64,000 nt of DNA from Octopus sinensis (lineage: Eukaryota): NCBI RefSeq assembly GCF_006345805.1, contig NC_043005.1, positions 28,396,001 to 28,460,000 of the forward strand. The letters run 5' to 3'. This document shows, piece after piece, positions 38,910 through 51,158 of the stretch; position 1 is the first letter of the stretch; every line of letters begins with the position of its first letter. The translations under genes were made by a program, and so were the position numbers. The notes under the pieces are model-generated. The model was not told where the DNA came from. It searched no databases and saw only the letters and a program-made list of their open reading frames with translations.

Positions 38910-39200
38910 GGAGGTGCAATGACCCAGTGGTTAGGGCAGTCGACTCGCGGTTTCGATTCCCAGACCAAGCGTTGTGAGTGTTTATTGAGCGAAAACACCT
39001 AAAGCTCTACGAGGCTCCAGCAGGGGGTGGTGGCGATCCCTGCTGTACTCTTTTGCCACAACTTTCTCTCACTCTTTCTTCTGTTGGCCTGCTCGCTTAG
39101 CCAGCAGGGTGGCGTCATTTGAAGGTTAAAAAATTGCAAAGCGCATTGTGACCAGCGACGTGTAGCAACATCTGATAGCCTGGTCGGTCATGGTGATCAC
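38910..39200 (+). mobile_element. tRNA-derived SINE
   Basis: A-box tgacccagtgg and B-box gtttcgattcc; homologous to 39530-39720. Confidence 0.75.
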
Positions 39201-39529
39201 GGTGATATATATATATATACATACATATATATGAGTGTGTGTGTGTACACTATGAAATAAGTAAAGAGTGGAGTTTATGGTATAACATTTATTCCATGGT
39301 TTATAATTGTTTCAACAACTTGAGATGACCAACGACACATTGTATCTCTAGATATTGGTGATAACAATGATATAGCCATGCATATTATGGAGTGTATATA
39401 TCATATAATAGCACTGATAGCTGTTTCTTCAAAATTGATCGAATAAAGAAATAATTTATTTCTATTACTTTATTCAGTCAGTTCTGGAGAAAAACTGTTG
39501 GTGCTTTTATGTAATAGACATTATGCATG

Positions 39530-39905
39530 TGGAAGCACAATAGCACAGTGGTTAGGGCAGTGGACTTGCAGTCATAGGATAATGGTTTCGATTCCCAGAC
39601 CAGGCATTGTGAGTGTTTATTGAGCAAAAACATCTAAAGCTCCACGAGGTCCGGTAGGGGGTGGTGGTGAACCCTGCTGTACTCTTTCACCACAACTTTC
39701 TCTCTTTCTTCCTGTTTATGTTGTACCTGTATTTCAAAGGGCCAGCCTTGTCACACTCTGCATCACGCTCAATCTCCCCAAGAACTACATTAAAAGTACA
39801 CATATCCGTGGAGTGCTCAACCACTTGCATGTTAATTTCACAAGCAAGCTGTTCCGTTGATCTGATCAACAGGAACCCTCGTCATTGTAACAATCGGAGT
39901 GCCAC
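39530..39905 (+). mobile_element. tRNA-derived SINE, with a body related in reverse to 8480-8680
   Basis: A/B boxes present; shares ttgtgagtgtttattgagc.aaaaca with the 38910 copy. Confidence 0.7.
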
Positions 39906-42469
39906 GATATATAATATGCATAGCTAAATCATTCTTGTCATTAATGTCTTTAGACATGATGTGTGATTGCTCATCTCAAGTCGTTGAAACAGTTGTAAAC
40001 CATGGAATAAATGGCTCATCATAAACTCCACTCTTCACTTATTATATATACTCTATGATGGAAACCGTACCAGGGAGATGGCGTATCAGAGAAAAATGGG
40101 AAGAGAGATCAACAATTGATATGATAGAAGCTTGAGAAGAATTTCAAAAAATGCTCATTCTTAACAAACAAAAATATTACTGGTTAATAAATAAAAATGT
40201 TGATTGAGAAAAAGGTGGAATTTGAGGAAGATTTCCAGAATCTACCATTCCAGGTAATGAAGATATACTTCCATTGATGGCTGGAAAAAAAATATAACTT
40301 ATGTGAAAGAGGAAGAAGGAATTGTTATGGATTTTCTGCTTATTCAAAACTAAACTTTTCATGGTAAAATTCTTCTTTATACAATTTCGGATGGCTACCA
40401 ATCATTGAAAGCTTCTTGTGGTAAATGCCTAGATTGCCTAATCCCTCCCTGCTTACTATGTGTGTGTGCGTGTGTATGTATTGTCAAGCAATACATTAAT
40501 GGTTATGGAATATAACATTCTGACCATATTACTGGTCAAAATGTTACTGTTGGCTTTGTATTGAATGTTGACACTTGACAGTATCGATAATTTTTCAGAT
40601 ATGCTGACCAAAAATGTATAGTCTCTCAGAGTTGGAGATACAAAGGCTCTTGTTTGGCTCGGTGGTGGCAAGAGAGAGGAATAAAATGTAGTGGATAATA
40701 TTTTGATGAAGAAAGGAAAATTTATTCCCCCTGGATTGGTACTAGCCACAAGGGAAGTTTGTAGACTGTATATTGTTCTTTAGTTCAAAAAGGAACATGA
40801 CCATGTTGTCAAAATGAATTTATGCTCATGAAGATAATACATGAAAATCTTGTTTTTTCTAGTTCAGGAAAGCTTTTGGTGTGTGTGAACTTTTTTTTTT
40901 TTGAGTGATTCTCTTCTCTACCAAGCAGAGACTGCAATCCCTCCTTCTATTAAGATATGGCTTGTAATCATTCCCCACTCCTACTAATATACAGCCTATA
41001 ATCCTATAATTATAGTTCACTTATAAGCCTATAACTATAGCTTGCAAGAGAGAAGACTGCATTGGTATGGACATGTAATATATATATGATGAAAGCTACG
41101 TGGGAGAGTGTTGAGCACAGAGAGTTGTTAGGGTCTGTGGAAGAGGAACAATTAAGAAGACATGGGGTGAAGTGGTGAAAATGATTTTAAGATGCTGAAA
41201 CTGACAAAAGAGATAACAAAGATCAGTGGGGATTAGCAATGGGCTGTACTGTAGAAAACCCTCTATTTCAGGCAAACATGGCAGAGAGAATGCTAACAAA
41301 GGTAGAACCTGATGTGCTCTTGGTATATTAACCCATTACTCCCTCCTTGTCGTTCTTCTTTTGGGATACTTAAATGCATTCATCTTCTCATCCTCTTCTA
41401 TGGTTCCCTCCAACCTCCTCATTTCTCTCAGTGCATTCACCCACTGCTCTCTTTTTCTTTTCCTGTCCTTTCATAGATTTCTTATTTCTTTATTACCCAC
41501 AAGGGGCTACACACAGAGGGGACAAACAGATTAAGTCGATTATATTGACCCCAGTGCATAAGTGGTACTTATTTAATCAACCCCGAGAGGATGAAAGGCA
41601 AAGTCGACCTTGGCGGAATTTGAAATCAGAACATAGCGGCAAACGAATTACCGCTAAGAATTTCGCCTGGCGTGCTAACGTTTCTGCTAGCTTGCCGCCT
41701 TGTCCTCTCATAGCTTTCTACCAACTTAACTCTCTTTCTCTCTCTCATCTCCTCCTTTCTAACTCATCACAACACGCCCACTCTTAACTTGCAATGTCTC
41801 TCTGTCCACTTAGCTCCTCTGGATCCTTATGACTCTTATCTCTTTCTATATTTCATATCTCCTACCTCACTTTCCTTCATAACATGGGATAGAGCTAGAT
41901 AACTGGTACACGCCTCACCCTATCACACTTCTACCCCATCCCACCCGTCTTTCTCCCTCCCTTTCTTCCCCAATCGCACATCCCCACAATAATAAAGCTG
42001 TTCTTCTCATAATAGTTTTCCCTTTCATCACCTTGCCTAAAAAAATCATCACTTTCTCACTTCAGTTCTTTGTTTGATGTAAAAGATCTTTAGTGTTGCC
42101 AGTTGCAAGGCAACATCACTAATGCTGATGCCATGAAAGAAAGCATCTACTGTGCTTTGTAAAGTGGTCGGCATTAGAAAGAGCATCCGGCCACAGAAAC
42201 CAAGCCAAGCCTGTTGGAGTACATTGTCATTTGATGTGTCAAATCCTTTTGAACTGTAAAATCCTTTACATCATGGAAAGTGGATGTAAAATAATGTTGA
42301 TAATGTGTGTATGTGTACATAAATACACTTGCAGCCATAGAAATCCAATTTCAGGGAAAACGCAAGGTCTGAATTATCTCCCTTTAACTACAAATGTACC
42401 CCCAAAGACTAACGTATTGGCTGCCTCGCACTAATATTTCTGTCTATCTGTCGAGCTAGCTATTTATAT

Positions 42470-42693
42470 ATTTTACTCTTTTACTTGTTTCAGTCATTTG
42501 ACTGCGGCCATGCTGGAGCACTACCTTTTCAGTCGAGCAAATCGACTCCAGGACTTATTTTTTGTAAGCCTAGTACTTAATCTATCGGTCTCTTTTGCCG
42601 AACCGCTAAGTAACGGGGACGTAAACACACCAGCATCGGTTGTCAAGCGATGTTGGGGGGGGGGGGACAAACACAGACACACAAACCACACAC

Positions 42694-42749
<56 letters not shown>

Positions 42750-42803
42750 TATATATATATATATATGTATATATGTATATATGTATATATATATATTATA
42801 TAT

Positions 42804-42839
<36 letters not shown>

Positions 42840-42993
42840 CGACGGGCTTCTTTCAGTTTCCGTCTACCAAATCCACTCACAAGGCTTTAGTCGGCCCGAG
42901 GCTATAGTAGAAGACACTTGCCCAAGGTGCCACGCAGTGGGACTGAACCCGGAACTGTGTGGTTGGTAAGCAAACTACTTACCACACAGCCAC
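42470..42993 (-). mobile_element. Well-preserved SINE with internal (TA)n
   Basis: Full head-to-tail match to the family at 3015-3430, with CpGs retained. Confidence 0.8.
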
Positions 42994-43197
42994 TCACACA
43001 CAAACACACACAGATCTCTCTCTCTCTCTCTCTCTGTGACCTCGTGTGTACCGTTGGCGATTTTTTCCTCTGTCTTCCCTTCTCCTATGTTTCCGACGAA
43101 GAGCTCCGCTCGAAACGTTAAACCCTCCTTCTTTCCAGAGCGTCCAATAATACTATATTTGTTCCACGTCCTCGCGTTGTTGTGTTTTTTTTTATTA

Positions 43198-43265
<68 letters not shown>

Positions 43266-46200
43266 TATATATAAGTGCGCGTGTGTGTATGTGTAGCCGT
43301 GAGTTAGTGTGTGTGTGTGTGTGTGGTTGTTTCTGTATTTATTTAGACAGGAAAGCAGTAAAGGGAGGGCGAGAAGGGAGGGAATAGGGAGAGTTGTATG
43401 ACGCTTAACCCATGTCCGGCCTGAGTGAACCTATATATCATCAAAGGTATTTTGACCATGACCATCCCGCAATAATTTCTTCACTGCATACTCGGTGTGC
43501 CGCAGATTACATTATCAAGTGTGTACTTCCATTTTGAAGACAGTAGATCGTAATTTGAGGAACACCGTGAATGGTGAATTTTCAATTCTTCTGAGTAAAA
43601 TGATTAAATAAATTAGTAACTGTATAATTAATGAAGTTTTTATATTTATTTTTATAATATCGCAATATTTTCGGTTTGTAAGGGTGACGAGAGGGGGTTC
43701 AGGGGTTGTTCATTCTGTTTAAAGACGTGAGACAGCTCGAACCGGGAATCGAAACCGTGCCGGGGAGTTAGCATATCGGAGAAAAACAGGAAGAGAAATC
43801 AACAATTGCAACATAAGGATAAAGAGAGAATAAGATTGAAGCTTGAGAGATATTTCAAGAAATGCTCGTTCTTAACAAACAAAAATATTATTGGTTAATA
43901 AATAAAATTGTTGATTGAGAGAAAGGTGGAATGTGAGGAAGATTTCCAGAATCTACCATTCCAGGTAATGAAGAGATATTTCCATTGATGGCCGGGAAAA
44001 AAATTATAACTTATGTGAAAGAGGAGGAATCGTTGGCGAAATATCAGCGAGTTTTGGAATCGCTTCAGACTTAATTTGGTATAAATTCTTGTTCGCCAGA
44101 ATAAAACATAGGAAAAAGATGAACCGAAGAAAATGTGTCATGAGATTGATCATTGAATTAAAAAGATGTGGCGGCATCAGTAAATAAAGCAACAAAAACG
44201 ATGGAGCCTCTACGTGGTGGTGCAAACTACTAAAAATAGCAGCTAAAATTTCTTTCCGATCACAAATGATGAAATGGTCACGATTGTTATGTCTTTGACC
44301 ATAAATATGTTCAACCAGAATTGGGTTTGGACAAAACAAAGCGACTGCAGAATCTTTATTTGTGTGACGAAGTTCCATTATAAAACTAAATGGTTCCAGT
44401 ATCGATAGACGTTGAGTGTCTGTTAATTATATTTTGGCCATATAAGCGGAGAGGGTGGAAACGGTAAAATGCGTTGTTGTGACGTAAATGGCTTTCCCAT
44501 ACAAATTAGAGGCGTAAATGTAGTAGAATTTTATCACCTGTGAACCGAAAGTTCATATTTATCAGTTAAATAACAGTCAACAGTTGCAACCAAGAAATAC
44601 ATACATACATACATGTAATATATCCATGCGCGCACGCACAAACACACACACACACACACAAGCTAGCGCTCAGGCACACACACACCCATAGACATAAATG
44701 CCTCTGTGTGTGTGTGTGTGTATACACATGTACACATATAAGCGCGCGCACTCACATACGTACATACACAAGCACGCACATGTCATTTTAAAACATTCTC
44801 TCACACCGCTTCTTGATACAATGGAAACGTATATAAAAATGATATCTTATTCATTGGAGAAGAAATAAAAATATGTGGTGGTTTTCGTCCCTCTACTCAC
44901 ATGCCATAACAACCTGAAATATCAAACAATATTTTCATCAAGTTGGTCCAGTTTGGGGATTTTTTAAATTTTGTTTATGACTTGTTATAATGAGGTGGTA
45001 GTGGATGAGGACAGCAATTTTATCCCTACGGCAATGCGACATTATAATCAGCAGAATTGAAGGAGGCCAGCGGTGGTCAGTAAATAAACAGAACAAAAAA
45101 AAAATACTTAACGAGACATCATAGGAAGGTGGTTGTTATACGGGAAGGAAATGTTTAACGTTTATGACGGAGGTATTCGGAATTTTTTTACTTTCACTAT
45201 CACAATGTATTTTGAGTCAAAGAAGGGTGGAAGACAAAATTGGGTTTAATAATATTGTTATTTCGAAGAATAAGCGGACCCAGTATATTTAACTACTTGA
45301 CCATGCAATGAAGGAGACTTGTACGTAGTTTTTTGACGTGCTAGGAATTAAAACCAAATCTCCCTCAAATGAATGCCCACTTTCTTTAAAATTGAACACA
45401 TTGCACAACGTCGTTCCGTATAAGCACTGTTTTTAAAAACAAAATGAAATATAAAAATAAAATATAAAAAACCGAACGGGCATGGTTGGAACATCTTTGA
45501 TCATAGATCTGCTCAGTCAGGGTAGGCGGCCTGGGGCTACATGACGATGACAACAACAACAACAAGAACTACTATTACTACTACTACTACTACTACTACA
45601 GTCTATTGACGGGAGAATAAAATGAAGATATCTTTTATTTAGTATTATATTCTCTTATGTAAAGGTTAGTGACAAATTAAGAAATTTCTATCACATGACA
45701 TATCTTGCGAAGCTATAGGTCTGTAAGATTGAGGTGACAGCAACACTCATAGACTTTTAACAGACCCTTTAAACTCGAAGCTAAATCAGTTTATGTTCCA
45801 TTTGACCTGTTGCAGGGTACTGAGTTGAAAAACATGGCTGGGTGTTGAAGAGTTAGGTGGATAGTAATTCTGAAGGAGAAGGATTTGGTTAAAAACAAAG
45901 GATTAGAATAGAATCTAAGAAATTGGTAAGCTACTATTGGAATGTTGGGGGATGAGGTGTGCAGGATTGATAGATGATAATATTTAGCTAAACCCTGAGT
46001 CATCAATACATATGAATGATGTCTATTCTGTGACTCTCACTTATAGATGTGTCCAGGAATGGCTGACAACTTTTTAAAAAATATTTTTTTGTCAGTATCT
46101 GCACCTGTGGAGTTTCTCAGCTTCCTCTTCTGGAATCTTGCTCTGCCCCATCTGGAACCTTGTCCTGCCTACCTGGGATCTTAGCCTGTTAATGAATGTG

Positions 46201-46523
46201 CAGCCTTTTGCGCAAGCAACTCAGACTGTGTTTATTAAATTTCTTGGTATACATTATCATCGCAATTCTTTTAACGTCCACTTTTTCATGCTTGCATGGG
46301 TCAGATGGAATTTGTTTAGGCAGATTTTCAAAAAATGGGTGCCATTCCTGTTGCTAACCCTCACCTGTTTCCAATATGTTAATATTTCTCTCTTGGCCAG
46401 ACATGTTTTTGCAGAATAATAGAAATGAATGATTTTGCTTCTAACACAACAATACTCATATTTACAACTATCACATGATGTCAAAACAAGCAGACACAAG
46501 CACACACACATGTGTGTATGTGC

Positions 46524-46557
<34 letters not shown>

Positions 46558-46559
<2 letters not shown>

Positions 46560-48408
46560 TCATCGTCATCATCATCATCATTGTTTAACGTCTGCTTTTC
46601 ATGTTGGCATGGGTTGGATGATTTGACTGAGGACTGGCGAACCAGATGGCTGCACCAGGCTCCAATCTGATCTGGCAGAGTTTCTACAGCTGGATGCCCT
46701 TCCTAATGCCAACCACTCCGAGATTGTAGTGGGTGCTTTTACGTGCCACCAGCACGAGAGCCAGTCAGGCAGTACTGCTAACGACCACGCTCAAATGGTG
46801 TTTTTTATATGCCCTCTGCACAGGAGCCAGTCCAGCGGCACTGGCAATGACCTTGCTCAAATATTTTTTCACTTGCCACCAGCACAAGTGCCAGTAAAGT
46901 GACGCTGGTAATGATCACACTTGAATGGTGCTTTTTACGTGCCACCGGCATGGAAGCCAGTCAGCTACTCTGGCAATGATCACGCTTGGATGGTGCTCTT
47001 AGAGCTCCACTAGCACGGATGCCAGTCATGCGGTGCTGTCATCAAATTTGATTTTGATTGCGATTTCACTTGCCTCAACTGGTCTTTGCAAGCAGAAATT
47101 AGTGTCCAACGAAGGAAAGGTATGCATATGTAGGCTGGTTACACCCCTGGTATAGGTCATAGATTATGCTCTCACTTGGCTTTCCGGGTTTTCTCAAGTA
47201 CAGCATATTTCCAAAGGTCTCGGTCACTAGTCATTGCCTCAGTGAGGCCTAATATTCAAAGGTCATGCTGCACCACCTCATCCTAGGTCTTCCTGGGTCT
47301 ACCTCTTCCACAGGTTCCCTCAACCGCTAGGGTGTGGCACTTTTTTACACAGCTATCCTCATCCATTCTCGCCACATAACCATACTAGCGCAGTCGTCTC
47401 TCTTGCACACCACATCTGATGCTTCTTAGGTCCAACTTTTCTCTCAAGGTACTTACACTCTGTCAAGTATGTACACTGACATTACACATCCATTGGATCA
47501 TACTGGTTTTGTTCCTTGCAAGCTTACACATGTCCTCAGCAGTCATGGCTCAAGTTTCACTGCCATGTTGCATGGCTGTTCGTACACATGCGTCATACAG
47601 TCTACCTTTTACTCTGAGCGAGAGGCCCTTTGTCACCAGCAGAGGTAAGAGCTCTCTGAACTTTGCCCAGGCTATTCTTATTCTAGCAGCTACACTTTCA
47701 GAGCACCCTCTCCCCACTGCTATTGACTTGGTCGCCTAGGTAACAGAAGCTATCGACTACTTCTAGTTTTTCTCCCTGGAATGTGGCGGAAGTTGTTCTC
47801 TGCACATTTTCAGTGTTTATTGCCCCTGAGTATCTGCCACATACAAAATCTATCTTCCCAGTTAGCCTTCCTTTGATATTGCTGCACCTCTTATGTGTCC
47901 ATAGCTTACACTGGGCACATCTTATAGAGTTTCTACCTACGCCTTTTCTACAGATCGAGCAGGGCCATCTACATGAAGGGATTTGTGGTTTGTCTGCCTT
48001 CCTACTTACTAGGACTTTGGTTTTAGCTAGGTTGAATCTAAGGCCCTTTGATTCTAATCCTTGCTTCCACACCTAAAACTTCTCTAGTTTTGATAGTGAC
48101 TCAGCAATTAGAGCAAGGTCATCAGCATAGAGGAGCTCCCAAGGGCATCCTGTCTTGAATTCCTCTGTTATTGCCTGGAGGACTATGATAAATAGGACGG
48201 GGGTGAGGACTGAACCTTGGTGGACCCCTACCTCTACCCAGAATTCTTCACTGTACTCATTGCCAACCCTCACCTTACTGACAGCATCCCTGTACATGGC
48301 TTGCACAGCTCTCACTAACCATTCATCTATCCCTAGTTTCCTCATTGAACACCAGATAAGGGATTGGGGGACCCTGTCAAAGGCTTTCTTCATGTCAACG
48401 AAAGCCAG

Positions 48409-48412
<4 letters not shown>
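46558..48412 (-). mobile_element. 5'-truncated RTE-clade LINE
   Basis: YLAFVDMKKAFDRVP, GVHQGS, LLYADD and WPCSICRKGVG finger, then 3' UTR and (CAT)n tail. The 5' end abuts (TA)n. Confidence 0.92.
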
Positions 48413-48463
<51 letters not shown>

Positions 48464-48812
48464 CATTAAGAAGGGCATCCAGCTGTAGAAACATTGCCAG
48501 ATCAGACTGGAGCCTGGTGCAGCCTTCTGGCTTGCCAGCTCTCAATCAAACCGTCCAACGCATCCCAGCATGGAAAGCGGACATTAAACAACGACAATGA
48601 TGATGATTATATATATATATCTGTAATATAATATGTGACAATTATTTGGTTGCCATAATAAAACTCTGAGTTTCAGATGTCAGGGTGGAAATCTGCTCTG
48701 GCAACTAGTCAGTTATCAAGACGAAAATTGTCACATATTATATTACAGATAAATTCCTCTATTTACATAATATCGGGGTCTCATTCATTCTTTTGTTGTC
48801 ATACTATTACTA

Positions 48813-48851
<39 letters not shown>

Positions 48852-49057
48852 CAATGATAAATATCAAAGTGAGTTATATACAGTAGCGGTAACACATCGT
48901 GACGTATTTTTGCCATTTCAATATGGCTAACCCCTAAGGGTGGATGCTACTGTAGTTTTTAGCCCCAGGAGGACACACTCCTCCAGCTGGCCATAGACAC
49001 ACTATCTGTGTCCTGTCAGTATTTGCAAAGGGAAGTCATCCTTCCCGTCTTCAACTT

Positions 49058-49116
49058 ATGATACACACGGACTCGAGTTTCGAGGTATTGACCTCTCGTC
49101 AGCGTGTGACAATCAT
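49058..49116 (-). ncRNA. Minimal type I hammerhead ribozyme, copy 1
   Basis: Minus strand reads atgattgt-cacacg CTGACGA gaggt-caat-acctc GAAA c-tcga-g TC^ cgtgtg-t-atcat, with an intact core and GUC cleavage site. Confidence 0.88.
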
Positions 49117-49410
49117 AGTTGTCGCCGAGAATTAGATTTCCTTCACAAATACTTATACTTTTTCCAGCGTCCACTGTCGCTGATATTGAAAAAGTGAAAT
49201 CAAACAATGATAAATATCAAAGTGAGTTATATACAGTAGCGGTAACACATCGTGACGTATTTTTGCCATTTCAATATGGCTAACCCCTAAGGGTGGATGC
49301 TACTGTAGTTTTTAGCCCCAGGAGGACACACTCCTCCAGCTGGCCATAGACACACTATCTGTGTCCTGTCAGTATTTGCAAAGGGAAGTCATCCTTCCCG
49401 TCTTCAACTT

Positions 49411-49469
49411 ATGATACACACGGACTCGAGTTTCGAGGTATTGACCTCTCGTCAGCGTGTGACAATCAT
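49411..49469 (-). ncRNA. Minimal type I hammerhead ribozyme, copy 2
   Basis: Identical to copy 1, offset +353. Confidence 0.88.
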
Positions 49470-49867
49470 AGTTGTCGCCGAGAATTAGATTTCCTTCACA
49501 AATACTTATACTTTTTCCAGCGTCCACTGTCGCTGATATTGAAAAAGTGAAATCAAACAATGATAAATATCAAAGTGAGTTATATACAGTAGCGGTAACA
49601 CATCGTGACATACTGACAGGACACAGATAGTGTGTCTATGGCCAGCTGGAGGAGTGTGTCCTCCTGGGGCTAAAAACTACAGTAGCATCCACCCTTAGGG
49701 GTTAGCCATATTGAAATGGCAAAAATACGTCACGATGTGTTACCGCTACTGTATATAACTCACTTTGATATTTATCATTGTTTGATTCACTTTTTCAATA
49801 TCAGCGACAGTGGACGCTGGAAAAAGTATAAGTATTTGTGAAGGAAATCTAATTCTCGGCGACAACT

Positions 49868-49926
49868 ATGATTGTCACACGCTGACGAGAGGTCAATACC
49901 TCGAAACTCGAGTCCGTGTGTATCAT
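49868..49926 (+). ncRNA. Minimal type I hammerhead ribozyme, copy 3 (inverted block)
   Basis: CTGACGA starts at 49882; predicted cleavage after C49914. Confidence 0.88.
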
Positions 49927-50324
49927 AAGTTGAAGACGGGAAGGATGACTTCCCTTTGCAAATACTGACAGGACACAGATAGTGTGTCTATGGCCAGCTG
50001 GAGGAGTGTGTCCTCCTGGGGCTAAAAACTACAGTAGCATCCACCTTAGGGGTTAGCCATATTGAAATGGCAAAAATACGTCACTATATATATATATATA
50101 ATATATATATATATATAACAATGATAAATATCAAAGTGAGTTATATACAGTAGCGGTAACACATCGTGACGTATTTTTGCCATTTCAATATGGCTAACCC
50201 CTAAGGGTGGATGCTACTGTAGTTTTTAGCCCCAGGAGGACACACTCCTCCAGCTGGCCATAGACACACTATCTGTGTCCTGTCAGTATTTGCAAAGGGA
50301 AGTCATCCTTCCCGTCTTCAACTT

Positions 50325-50383
50325 ATGATACACACGGACTCGAGTTTCGAGGTATTGACCTCTCGTCAGCGTGTGACAATCAT
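50325..50383 (-). ncRNA. Minimal type I hammerhead ribozyme, copy 4
   Basis: Identical motif on the minus strand. Confidence 0.88.
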
Positions 50384-50677
50384 AGTTGTCGCCGAGAATT
50401 AGATTTCCTTCACAAATACTTATACTTTTTCCAGCGTCCACTGTCGCTGATATTGAAAAAGTGAAATCAAACAATGATAAATATCAAAGTGAGTTATATA
50501 CAGTAGCGGTAACACATCGTGACGTATTTTTGCCATTTCAATATGGCTAACCCCTAAGGGTGGATGCTACTGTAGTTTTTAGCCCCAGGAGGACACACTC
50601 CTCCAGCTGGCCATAGACACACTATCTGTGTCCTGTCAGTATTTGCAAAGGGAAGTCATCCTTCCCGTCTTCAACTT

Positions 50678-50736
50678 ATGATACACACGGACTCGAGTTT
50701 CGAGGTATTGACCTCTCGTCAGCGTGTGACAATCAT
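50678..50736 (-). ncRNA. Minimal type I hammerhead ribozyme, copy 5
   Basis: Identical motif on the minus strand, offset +353 from copy 4. Confidence 0.88.
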
Positions 50737-51099
50737 AGTTGTCGCCGAGAATTAGATTTCCTTCACAAATACTTATACTTTTTCCAGCGTCCACTGTCGC
50801 TGATATTGAAAAAGTGAAATCAAACAATGATAAATATCAAATACTGACAGGACACAGATAGTGTGTCTATGGCCAGCTGGAGGAGTGTGTCCTCCTGGGG
50901 CTAAAAACTACAGTAGCATCCACCCTTAGGGGTTAGCCATATTGAAATGGCAAAAATACGTCACGATGTGTTACCGCTACTGTATATAACTCACTTTGAT
51001 ATTTATCATTGTTTGATTTCACTTTTTCAATATCAGCGACAGTGGACGCTGGAAAAAGTATAAGTATTTGTGAAGGAAATCTAATTCTCGGCGACAACT

Positions 51100-51158
51100 A
51101 TGATTGTCACACGCTGACGAGAGGTCAATACCTCGAAACTCGAGTCCGTGTGTATCAT
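51100..51158 (+). ncRNA. Minimal type I hammerhead ribozyme, copy 6 (inverted block)
   Basis: CTGACGA at 51114-51120, stem II 51121-51134, GAAA 51135-51138; predicted cleavage after C51146. Confidence 0.88.

Noticed and set aside
38910-38970. tRNA-like sequence as a functional tRNA gene (also at 2590 and 39530)
   Set aside because: No complete cloverleaf, and each continues into a shared SINE body.
44004-44378. 124-aa minus-strand ORF
   Set aside because: No recognisable homology, and it partly overlaps the duplicated segment; insufficient support for a CDS call.
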